This document shows positions 45,169 through 52,603 of a stretch of 64,000 nucleotides of DNA, piece by piece. The stretch is from the IMG/VR virus record IMGVR_UViG_3300010352_001202; one strand, 5' to 3'. Positions within the stretch are counted from its first letter, which is position 1. Each line of letters opens with the position of its first letter. This DNA is from a virus. Its lineage: Duplodnaviria; Caudoviricetes. A program made the position numbers and the translations under genes. Below the pieces are notes generated by a model, which worked only from the letters and a program-made list of their open reading frames with translations, did not search any database and was not told where the DNA came from.

Positions 45169-45177
45169 AAAATTTAT

Positions 45178-45254
45178 GCCCGGAGAGCGCAGCTGGCGAA
45201 GCCATCCTCCTTACAAGTGGAAATTGTAGAGTTCGATTCTCTATCCGGGTACCA
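45178..45254 (+). tRNA. tRNA-Val(TAC)
   Basis: Loop CTTACAA, ACCA. Confidence 0.85.
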
Positions 45255-45258
45255 TATT

Positions 45259-45351
45259 GGGTGATGATGCAGAGCGGCCTCTGTCCCTGTCTTGAAAACA
45301 GATGTATCGATGATGAGTCGGTAGGCGATCGACACGACCCCTCACCCGCCA
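45259..45351 (+). tRNA. tRNA-Ser(TGA)
   Basis: CTGT-CTTGAAA-ACAG, long variable arm, G73-CCA; divergent T arm. Confidence 0.75.
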
Positions 45352-45361
45352 TAAATATAAT

Positions 45362-45703
45362 ATGTTCAGCGTATTTTTCAAACTTTATAACCGTCCTGGC
45401 ACAAATGTTCCTGTAGGATTTCGTACAGGCCATACCGATATACCGTATAAAGTTTTGTTCAGGACGAAGGGCATAACGGTTGATAGAATCTTTATACCTG
45501 CTAGTGCTATAATAGAGTACAGCGGCATGTATCAAGGAGATATTAAGCCGGGATCAGAAGAATGTAGATTTCAAATGGGCAATCCGGACTACCAATATAA
45601 GTTGTATTTGGTAGCAGATAACATGTCAGAAGCCCAAGCAGCACATTTTTCAAAAACATTATCGGAGAAGCTTAGTTCTTCTCAATTATTCATGCGTGCT
45701 TAG
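45362..45703 (+). CDS. Hypothetical protein
   Basis: 113-aa ORF preceded by CATAAATA; stop lies inside the next tRNA. Confidence 0.55.
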   Translation: MFSVFFKLYNRPGTNVPVGFRTGHTDIPYKVLFRTKGITVDRIFIPASAIIEYSGMYQGDIKPGSEECRFQMGNPDYQYKLYLVADNMSEAQAAHFSKTLSEKLSSSQLFMRA

Positions 45704-45767
45704 TTAAATGGTATAATTATTGGTTGCCATCCAGTAGTCAGGAGTTCGATTCTCCTAGCCCGCACCA
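45694..45767 (+). tRNA. tRNA-Gly(GCC)
   Basis: ATTGG-TTGCCAT-CCAGT, ACCA. Confidence 0.82.
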
Positions 45768-45774
45768 AGTTTCT

Positions 45775-45832
45775 AAAGGTTACATTCAGCAAACAAAACT
45801 AACTTTCAATTGGTGAAAAAAACTGTAACCTG
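45775..45832 (+). ncRNA. CAGCAA module 6 carrying a bare anticodon stem-loop (UUC, Glu-like)
   Basis: AGGTTAC/GTAACCT stem, CAGCAA 45787-92, ACTAA-CTTTCAA-TTGGT. Confidence 0.75.
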
Positions 45833-45838
45833 AATTAT

Positions 45839-45914
45839 CGCGTAGTGGCAGAGCGGCTAGAGCGCCTCCCTCATAAGGATGAATACACTGGTTCGAATCC
45901 AGTCTACGCGACCA
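45839..45914 (+). tRNA. tRNA-Met(CAT)
   Basis: Loop CTCATAA, CGCGTAG/CTACGCG-ACCA. Confidence 0.85.
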
Positions 45915-46004
45915 CAGAATTATTGACTCTCAGTGTTTATACTTAGTAAAATTGTGCGGTCGCAGCAATTTTGCTAAATACTTATACAACACACTGGGAA
46001 AATC

Positions 46005-46178
46005 ATGTTAAAGCAAATTATTGAATTCATTAGAGACATTTTCAGATCACAAAGTATGTACGATAGCCTCGATGCATACATTACTGCTCATAATCCGCAG
46101 AACGCCGGCGATGTGGATCGCCTAGAAAAAGAATTCTATCAGCGCCGTTCGATTTCGGCATTTGAAAAATACTATTAA
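46005..46178 (+). CDS. Small protein, possibly DUF3563-like
   Basis: MLKQIIEF..LDAYITAHNPQNAGDVDRLEKEF (57 aa; below the ORF-track cutoff). Confidence 0.55.
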   Translation: MLKQIIEFIRDIFRSQSMYDSLDAYITAHNPQNAGDVDRLEKEFYQRRSISAFEKYY

Positions 46179-46250
46179 TCTCACCGCTAATGGATTAGCG
46201 CCGTCGCTACGAACGATGGCTAGGGGGTTCGAATCCCTCCGGTGGGTCCA
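46178..46250 (+). tRNA. tRNA-Arg(ACG), compact 5' region
   Basis: CCGTCG-CTACGAA-CGATGG, GGTTCGAATCC, CCA. Confidence 0.75.
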
Positions 46251-46255
46251 TTTAT

Positions 46256-46332
46256 ATCTCCATCGTCTAGTGGCTATAGGACGCTTGCCCCTCAAGCAGG
46301 AAAGTCGGGTTCGAATCCCGATGGGGATGCCA
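46256..46332 (+). tRNA. tRNA-Glu(CTC) with C33
   Basis: CTTGC-CCCTCAA-GCAGG, GCCA end. Confidence 0.8.
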
Positions 46333-46339
46333 AATCAGT

Positions 46340-46420
46340 TGGGAGTAAAGTCCGAAGTGGCCCGAGGCGTCTGCCTTTGAAGCAGAAATTTAGCTGGTTC
46401 GAGTCCAGCACTCCCTGCCA
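46340..46420 (+). tRNA. tRNA-Gln(TTG)
   Basis: TCTGC-CTTTGAA-GCAGA, GCCA end. Confidence 0.85.
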
Positions 46421-46428
46421 ATTACAAT

Positions 46429-46503
46429 GTGCCTATCGTCTATCGGTTTAGGACGACACCCTTTCACGGTGTAAAGCGGGGTTCGATTCCTTCTTGGGAT
46501 TAC
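46429..46503 (+). tRNA. tRNA-Glu(TTC) with degenerate 3' end (probable pseudogene)
   Basis: ACACC-CTTTCAC-GGTGT, but acceptor 3' strand mismatched and no CCA. Confidence 0.55.
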
Positions 46504-46510
46504 AGAATAT

Positions 46511-46602
46511 GGATGGCGGGCAGTGCGGCAAATGCAACACCCTGCTAAGGTGTAGGCTTGTGATGAACAGGCCGCTGGGTTCGACTCCCAGGCCATCCTC
46601 CA
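46511..46602 (+). tRNA. tRNA-Ser(GCT)
   Basis: ACACC-CTGCTAA-GGTGT, long variable arm, CCA. Confidence 0.88.
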
Positions 46603-46608
46603 GAGATT

Positions 46609-46929
46609 ATGATAGAATTTACAATAGACAAAGTATATCTAACGTCGTTGACAGTTAGGACTGAATATAAATCAAAGTTTGAGAACACCGAAGAAGGTCT
46701 TGTCGAAGCTTTGAAATATGCCGGTACCTGTTTTATGACAAGTTCAATTGATCATCCTGAGTTTACTAAACTTAGGGAACAGTTGGGCGCCGAGGGATAC
46801 ATTAGCATTCAGCGCGGTTGGTGGAACGGCGATGCTGTTCTTAAACCTTTTAAACTAAACGGTAAGAAGTTTAAGAAAGGTAATCAATTTCCGTCAGCTT
46901 GTGCTATTAAGTGGGTTCTGGAGCATTAA
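46609..46929 (+). CDS. Hypothetical protein
   Basis: 106-aa ORF, first of three coupled ORFs. Confidence 0.6.
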   Translation: MIEFTIDKVYLTSLTVRTEYKSKFENTEEGLVEALKYAGTCFMTSSIDHPEFTKLREQLGAEGYISIQRGWWNGDAVLKPFKLNGKKFKKGNQFPSACAIKWVLEH

Positions 46930-47097
46930 ATGACAAGTAGAACTATCGATATTCATTGTGAAGCATGTAGAAAATATCTATTTTCGCTTCAGCCCAATGA
47001 TAGTAAAGGTCTAGCAAAGGATTATTACTGTAAGGCTAAGACTTGCCAGATGCAGGCAACTGTAGATAAGCTAAAGAAAGAACCAGATGTCAAATGA
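46930..47097 (+). CDS. Small Cys-rich hypothetical protein
   Basis: MTSRTIDIHCEAC..YYCKAKTC; abuts both neighbours. Confidence 0.5.
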   Translation: MTSRTIDIHCEACRKYLFSLQPNDSKGLAKDYYCKAKTCQMQATVDKLKKEPDVK

Positions 47098-47398
47098 TAC
47101 AGCGGACAAGATAAAGAATTATGTCGATCACATTGATGATCACATAGCAATGGCGCTTAACCTAGCACAACAGATGCAGGCAGTGGTCCTAGAGACCGAA
47201 GGCGACAGTGATTTGAACCGTAAATTGGCGTTTTACCTAATCCCGAACCTAACACATTGGGTCGCGGGAGCCCAGGCGGGCAATATGAAGGATTTAAAGG
47301 AAACATTAGCAAGGCGACTTGCTACTCAGGAGAGCAATATGTTACAATCGCAGCAAGGCGAAGGACACGACGTCCTAACTAAACCTTCGAAAACCTGA
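47087..47398 (+). CDS. Hypothetical protein
   Basis: 103-aa helical ORF. Confidence 0.6.
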   Translation: MSNDTADKIKNYVDHIDDHIAMALNLAQQMQAVVLETEGDSDLNRKLAFYLIPNLTHWVAGAQAGNMKDLKETLARRLATQESNMLQSQQGEGHDVLTKPSKT

Positions 47399-47402
47399 CA
47401 AG

Positions 47403-47476
47403 GGGCTCGAAGCTTTAAGGTGAAGCATCGGACTTTTAATCCGATGAAGAGGGGTCAGTACCCTCCGGGCCTACCA
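47403..47476 (+). tRNA. tRNA-Lys(TTT), abnormal T loop
   Basis: TCGGA-CTTTTAA-TCCGA, ACCA. Confidence 0.8.
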
Positions 47477-47486
47477 ATTTTACATT

Positions 47487-47560
47487 GGGGGCATGACGTA
47501 GTGGTAGCGTCTCTGGCTTTTACCCAGATGGCCACAGTTCGATTCTGTGTGCCCCTACCA
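47487..47560 (+). tRNA. tRNA-Lys(TTT), second divergent copy
   Basis: TCTGG-CTTTTAC-CCAGA, ACCA. Confidence 0.82.
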
Positions 47561-47568
47561 AAATTTAT

Positions 47569-47994
47569 ATGTATAAGAATAGTAAGAAACAAGGCGATGC
47601 CGGATTAGGACAAGCAATAGCATATTTCACTAAACTGGGATATGAAGTTGCAATTCCGCTAACCGACAGTGCCGATTGGGATCTTATTGTTGAGATTGAT
47701 AGTGCGTTGAAGAAGATACAGGTCAAGACAAGTTCTCAAATAAGAGAAGGCGTCGAGATTTTTCAGGCCGATGTTAAGGGTGGAAATAAAACTTCTTCAA
47801 CAAAGAAGAGTATACAGGAACAAGATTGGGATTTAATATTTCTTCATCATCTTGTTACTGGAAAGCAGGCTCTTATTCCCAAAACTGCATTGACCACAAA
47901 AGGTCAAATTAATCTTGGGAATAAGTATCAGCAGTATTTCATTGGGGATGTAGTCCTGTATGGAGCAGGGGGAGACTGTAAATCTCTTGCCTAA
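47569..47994 (+). CDS. PD-(D/E)XK homing-type endonuclease
   Basis: KQGDAG..YEVAIPLTD..WDLIVE..KIQVKT; 3' end runs into the tRNA-Tyr gene. Confidence 0.82.
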   Translation: MYKNSKKQGDAGLGQAIAYFTKLGYEVAIPLTDSADWDLIVEIDSALKKIQVKTSSQIREGVEIFQADVKGGNKTSSTKKSIQEQDWDLIFLHHLVTGKQALIPKTALTTKGQINLGNKYQQYFIGDVVLYGAGGDCKSLA

Positions 47995-48029
47995 CGGCCC
48001 AGTTGGTTCGATTCCAGCTATCCCCACCA
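47944..48029 (+). tRNA. tRNA-Tyr(GTA), second copy
   Basis: GGAGA-CTGTAAA-TCTCT, long variable arm, ACCA. Confidence 0.85.
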
Positions 48030-48036
48030 AGTTTCT

Positions 48037-48101
48037 AAAGAGTGCTTCCAGCAAACACAAAAATTTCAAAACCATTATCTTTGAAAAGAAAAAGCATTCT
48101 G
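48037..48101 (+). ncRNA. CAGCAA module 7 carrying a CAU-loop hairpin
   Basis: AGAGTGC/GCATTCT stem, CAGCAA 48049-54, TTTCAAA-ACCATTATC-TTTGAAA. Confidence 0.7.
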
Positions 48102-48109
48102 AATATATT

Positions 48110-48283
48110 ATGGACGACGAACTAAAACAACTTGTCAAAGAATTCTTCCGTATCTTAGATATTGTAGAAGAAACAGACGAAGGTAGAGAGTTTCGTCCTA
48201 CCAACATTTATTCATCTAGGGCATTAGATGGAGCAAAGCTCAATACAGTGCTTTCTAAGATGAAAGAAATTGTAAAGGATTAA
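48110..48283 (+). CDS. Small hypothetical protein
   Basis: MDDELKQLVKEFFRILD..; coupled to the next gene. Confidence 0.55.
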   Translation: MDDELKQLVKEFFRILDIVEETDEGREFRPTNIYSSRALDGAKLNTVLSKMKEIVKD

Positions 48284-48285
48284 TC

Positions 48286-48669
48286 ATGGCACACAAGATA
48301 GCAATCATAACATCGAGAGATTTCTATTCAGGCGATTACGACGAAACTCATTCAAGTATCATCGAGAGCATCACTGAATGGGAAGAAGTAACCGACGACG
48401 AATATAAGACACTGCAATTTGCAGCACCGCGTCTAGGATTTACTATGCTCGAACAGCCGACTGAGCCAAAGAAATTCATTGCTAAGACCATCGCCGACTA
48501 TAAGGCTATTGCTAAGGCAGAAGCAGAGCGTGCAGCAGCCGACAAGCTAGCACGAGAGGAAGCAGCTCTTCAGCGCAAGTTTAAGAAAGAATTAAAGGAC
48601 AAGGCATCTAAGGAAAAGATGCTAGCAAAGCTTTCAGCAGAGCTTGGTGTCCAAATAGTTAAAGTCTAA
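48286..48669 (+). CDS. Hypothetical protein with C-terminal coiled coil
   Basis: 127-aa ORF with AAGGA SD. Confidence 0.6.
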   Translation: MAHKIAIITSRDFYSGDYDETHSSIIESITEWEEVTDDEYKTLQFAAPRLGFTMLEQPTEPKKFIAKTIADYKAIAKAEAERAAADKLAREEAALQRKFKKELKDKASKEKMLAKLSAELGVQIVKV

Positions 48670-48747
48670 GAAGCCAATCCGAGGGTTGGTGGTATGTCCG
48701 CGACTGTGAATCAAAGGGCCTGCTACATTATTAGACTATTTTGATTT

Positions 48748-49146
48748 TGATGTATAGGGTCATATGCAGCCTCGGGGCACCGAACTAGCTATTCGGAAAG
48801 CAATCGTTGCAAATTATGGAAAACCTTAGCCCGGCTAATCAACTACTGTGTTATTTGGGGGCATCTTGAATAACGCACGAGTTTCCAGGTGGAGTACACA
48901 TAATGCCAGCTGTCGGAGTGTACGAAAGTTGATTATACATCATTTTGAATCTTTGATATAGAGTGGGGCAGAGTGTAATAGCTGCTGCATAAGATACCCA
49001 TTACAGGAAGTCTACACGACATGAGAGTACGGAGGTAGCATCTTTCGTAACATGAGTCCAGGGTAGATAAGACCACTGCTATGGTCCTACCAAGGTAGAT
49101 TCTATATCATACCCGCATAAAATCCGGCCGGCACTTATGCGGTTTT
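48748..49146 (+). ncRNA. Two adjacent candidate structured ncRNAs plus a terminal hairpin
   Basis: TGATGTATA/TATACATCA (48748/48942) and TGATATAGAGT/ATTCTATATCA (48954/49109) closing helices; CCGCATAA/TTATGCGG-TTTT. Confidence 0.5.
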
Positions 49147-49152
49147 AACATT

Positions 49153-49229
49153 GCCCCTGTACGCTAATTGGTAGTGCGGACAGACTTAAAATCTGTTGGT
49201 TCCCGGTTCGAATCCGGGGAGGGGTACCA
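49153..49229 (+). tRNA. tRNA-Leu(TAA), short variable loop
   Basis: ACAGA-CTTAAAA-TCTGT, ACCA. Confidence 0.85.
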
Positions 49230-49237
49230 AATTTTCT

Positions 49238-49323
49238 AAAGAATTCTTCCAGCAACATCCTATGGATAAAATTGGTTCAACTCCAATACGCGCCTGTAAC
49301 AGGGCGGGTTTAAAAGAATTCTG
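49238..49323 (+). ncRNA. CAGCAA module 8 carrying a T-arm-like and a CTGTAAC-containing hairpin
   Basis: AGAATTC/GAATTCT stem, CAGCAA 49250-55, ATTGG-TTCAACT-CCAAT. Confidence 0.7.
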
Positions 49324-49333
49324 TTTTTACAAT

Positions 49334-49409
49334 TGGGGATTCGCCAAGTGGTTAAGGCACCGGTCTTTGAAATCGGTATACGCAGGTTCGATCCCTGCAT
49401 CCCCTGCCA
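49334..49409 (+). tRNA. tRNA-Gln(TTG), second copy
   Basis: CCGGT-CTTTGAA-ATCGG, GCCA end. Confidence 0.92.
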
Positions 49410-49423
49410 GATAAATATGTTTT

Positions 49424-50008
49424 ATGAACATATTAGATAATCATAGTCCGTATTATCTTACCTTTCAACATCAACAGTTTGACGAAATAGTTAGGCTTGC
49501 ATCTTCTACTGAAGTTAATAACTGGGACAGGGTTACACCCTTTACTCACGAGTTGTTACCTGCAGATATTGCCGACAAAATAATTTCAATGGTTCCAAAA
49601 TCAGAAGAACTGAAATTAATAAAGGGTCGCGCATCACTTTTTATTTCTAAGCCCGGGCTTTATTACAGAGCCCACAAGGATGGTTTGAGACTGAGATTTG
49701 GTATAAACTATCCTATTGTGATTAAAGATGCGTGCTGCGTAACCCGGTGGTATGACGATAGTGTGTCGCAACATTATGATACTAATTTATTGAAGAATGC
49801 ATCGAGGGAGTTGGAAGGATTTGACCCAGCAAAACATACTCCTGTTCATGAAATAAGTATGAAAGACAATGCAGTGGTATTGTTTAATACAGAAATATAT
49901 CACGACTGGTCGAACCAGAACTCAAATAATATTAGGGTAATTATGGCGCTAAGATCCTCTGACCCTAATATTACATATGATATGGCAAAAGAAATTCTAT
50001 TCGGCTAA
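49424..50008 (+). CDS. Putative 2OG-Fe(II) oxygenase / cupin-fold protein
   Basis: HxD (AHKDG), INYPI, distal FNTEIYHDW and R. Confidence 0.6.
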   Translation: MNILDNHSPYYLTFQHQQFDEIVRLASSTEVNNWDRVTPFTHELLPADIADKIISMVPKSEELKLIKGRASLFISKPGLYYRAHKDGLRLRFGINYPIVIKDACCVTRWYDDSVSQHYDTNLLKNASRELEGFDPAKHTPVHEISMKDNAVVLFNTEIYHDWSNQNSNNIRVIMALRSSDPNITYDMAKEILFG

Positions 50009-50024
50009 CATAAAAATTCCATGC

Positions 50025-50057
50025 AGCTCATTGCTTTCGGGCAATGGGCTTTTTTTG
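50025..50057 (+). terminator. Intrinsic terminator at the end of the tRNA region
   Basis: AGCTCATTGC-TTTCGG-GCAATGGGCT-TTTTTT. Confidence 0.8.
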
Positions 50058-50091
50058 TGACTTGAAAAAATCCGAGATAAATATGCATATT

Positions 50092-50547
50092 ATGACAAAT
50101 AAGATTTCGTTTATAGATTTTGAAACTATATTGCCTATTTGGAGAAATAAACTTTGGCCAGACAGAACATCCGTCATCGAAAGTCATAGTGCAATGATGA
50201 TCACTCCCGGAATATACGATGCAGGTAATTTTAATTTACCTATATGGTATTATGGCTTTTACTTAGATGATATGTTGGTCGGTGTGAACAGCGTGCATGA
50301 ATGCACCGATGGGCTAATAAGGAGTCGTGGATTCTGGGTCGACGACAATTATCGTGGCAGGGGAATAGGTACACAATTGCTTGCAAGCATCGTAAATGAC
50401 ATAAAAATGCACAAATTTAAAGGCATATGGTCATATCCCCGTAAGCAGGCGTGGTCAGTGTATGAGCGTGTAGGTTTTAGATCTATTTCCGACTGGGAAG
50501 AAAGTGAGACAGGCACGAATATGTATTGTTACATGGATTTACAATGA
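50092..50547 (+). CDS. GNAT acetyltransferase
   Basis: WVDDNYRGRGIGTQLL acetyl-CoA motif; YERVGF. Confidence 0.85.
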   Translation: MTNKISFIDFETILPIWRNKLWPDRTSVIESHSAMMITPGIYDAGNFNLPIWYYGFYLDDMLVGVNSVHECTDGLIRSRGFWVDDNYRGRGIGTQLLASIVNDIKMHKFKGIWSYPRKQAWSVYERVGFRSISDWEESETGTNMYCYMDLQ

Positions 50548-52085
50548 CAGTTGATGTTTTAATTTTCACAGATTGTGCTTCGCGGGCATTTTTAAGAACA
50601 GCAGGTGCATATACGATCGCGACTGTGTTGAGAAAGAATGGCTACACCGTACAGGTTGTAGATTATTTCTTATTATCCGGTTTAGAAAGAGCTCTGGCAA
50701 CGATTGATAAATTTGTAGGCGAGAACACTCTATTTGTTGGATTTGCAACCACATTTATGAATTTAAGTGGGGTGCATTTATCCGAGTCTGCAAAAAATGA
50801 TAAAATGTTTTCATATCATGGATATGAGCGAACTGCATTCGTATTAGGTACAGCAGCATTATCGACTCGTGTACCTGTTTCTGATAATGAGATGGACCAG
50901 ATAAGAGACAGAATCAAACTAAGAAATCCTAAAACAAAGCTGGTAATGGGCGGCACGAAAGCAGACAACAGAAGTCAGCCACAAATAGATACATTTATAC
51001 TCGGGTATGCCGATAACTCAGTTATTGAGTATACGAAATTCCTTGAGGGGAAAAATCCTTTCTTTAGATACACATTAAATGAACATCATCAAATGATTGT
51101 TGACCACGACCTCGATGCATCTGGTTATGATTTTGTTCACTCAACTATCGAATATGACGAGAGCGATCTAATTAAACATAATGAGGTATTGTCATTAGAA
51201 ATTGCACGCGGTTGCATTTTCAAATGCAAGTTTTGCAATTTTAGATTAACGGGAAAAAAGAAAAACGATTACATTAAAGATAAAGAGGTAATTTATTCTG
51301 AATTAATGAATAATTATGAAAGATTTGGCACAACAAAATATTCCTTTGCTGATGATACATATAATGAATCAGTACAGAAGTTAGAACACTTTGCTGAGGT
51401 ATTTCAGAAGTTGCCCTTTAAACTAGAATTTGTTGCCTACCTAAGGCACGACCTTATTTGGCGTTATCCGGAGATGGCTGATATTCTTAGACAGAGCGGA
51501 CTAAAGGTGGCGATGTTTGGAATCGAAACACTAAATCACGAAGCCGGTAAGATTATTGGTAAAGGATTGCCACCAGAGAAAACAACCGAGTTGTTGCATT
51601 GGTTGCGCAAAGAAAAGGGTTGGGCCGGTAATATCTTAATGAATTCGGGATTTATTGTTGGACTACCTACCGAGACGGAAGATACAGTAAATAAATGGAC
51701 AGAAGAGCTTATGGATTTTAATTATCCGTTAGATTCTTTTCTAATAAATCCTCTAGGCATAACTCCGCGTTCTCCTAAATTATCAAAATCCGAATTTGAT
51801 ATAAATTACAAAGATTACGGATATTATTTTGATCCGAAGGTATCTGTGGGATGGATAAACGAACATTGGAGAATCGAGGATGTAAGAAGATTGTGTACAG
51901 TCATTGACAAATATGCTACAGAAATAGGTCGAATTAAATTATACGGATTTAGCACAATGACACTTCATAACTATGGCTATACATGGGATGATATACACAA
52001 TTCTGTATCAGCCAATTATACAAACTCCATTTTCTACGAAACTGTAAAGCAGGCAGATTCATACTATAAAGAATTATTAAAATGA
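50544..52085 (+). CDS. Radical SAM enzyme with N-terminal B12-binding-like domain
   Basis: EIARGCIFKCKFC; DDTYN; GIETLN; GFIVGLPTET. Confidence 0.88.
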   Translation: MTVDVLIFTDCASRAFLRTAGAYTIATVLRKNGYTVQVVDYFLLSGLERALATIDKFVGENTLFVGFATTFMNLSGVHLSESAKNDKMFSYHGYERTAFVLGTAALSTRVPVSDNEMDQIRDRIKLRNPKTKLVMGGTKADNRSQPQIDTFILGYADNSVIEYTKFLEGKNPFFRYTLNEHHQMIVDHDLDASGYDFVHSTIEYDESDLIKHNEVLSLEIARGCIFKCKFCNFRLTGKKKNDYIKDKEVIYSELMNNYERFGTTKYSFADDTYNESVQKLEHFAEVFQKLPFKLEFVAYLRHDLIWRYPEMADILRQSGLKVAMFGIETLNHEAGKIIGKGLPPEKTTELLHWLRKEKGWAGNILMNSGFIVGLPTETEDTVNKWTEELMDFNYPLDSFLINPLGITPRSPKLSKSEFDINYKDYGYYFDPKVSVGWINEHWRIEDVRRLCTVIDKYATEIGRIKLYGFSTMTLHNYGYTWDDIHNSVSANYTNSIFYETVKQADSYYKELLK

Positions 52086-52603
52086 AAGAAGACTCAATTC
52101 TTACTCACCTTGGCAGGGTGCTAACGCAGCAAGAAGTAACTGATGCTATGACTTATATCAAGTCTAACCGATTACTTTTTGTCAATCGTCCTTACATGTG
52201 TGATGAACAGGTAGGTGGATATCCTCTTGCATATGTATGCCAAAAATCACAAGAACTTGATAGTATTATCAAGGCATTAGAACAGGCATTGTTATCAACA
52301 AGTCATTTAGACAATACACGAATTATCGAGCGTGGCATCGGTATTTCGCCTGAGGATTTATCTTTTGATAATGTTGTTGATAGTAAAGAGATAGCACTGC
52401 TATCTAAACAGGTAAGAATCCCGCTATCGGGGATTTCAAAAATTAATGATGAACTGTTGGGACTAGGGCTTGCTTATATTGTTGATACTGTAAGCGGGTA
52501 TAGTTTCTCAGCGAGTAAAGATTCAACTCATTTGGTATTTAACTTCCTCAGTAACGATGAAGTAAGAAAACCGTGGGAACTATGGAAGAATAGAGAATTA
52601 TGA
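52082..52603 (+). CDS. Hypothetical protein
   Basis: Translationally coupled between the two radical SAM genes. Confidence 0.55.
   Translation: MKEDSILTHLGRVLTQQEVTDAMTYIKSNRLLFVNRPYMCDEQVGGYPLAYVCQKSQELDSIIKALEQALLSTSHLDNTRIIERGIGISPEDLSFDNVVDSKEIALLSKQVRIPLSGISKINDELLGLGLAYIVDTVSGYSFSASKDSTHLVFNFLSNDEVRKPWELWKNREL

Noticed and set aside
34552-48688. Shared 12-mer ATCCGAGGGTTG in two ncRNA candidates (34552, 48677)
   Set aside because: Flanks do not align; a single 12-mer match is expected by chance in 64 kb.
36865-49323. CAGCAA modules as theta (HDV-like) ribozymes or preQ1 riboswitches
   Set aside because: No nested double pseudoknot, they do not start at the tRNA 3' end, and CAG/CTG pairing fails in module 4; not upstream of genes as riboswitches would be. 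A formal Rfam scan is still needed.
36697-49414. Short ORF-track entries overlapping tRNAs (e.g. 38092, 40895, 42960, 44759, 46242, 47420, 49196)
   Set aside because: They are translations of tRNA or ncRNA sequence.
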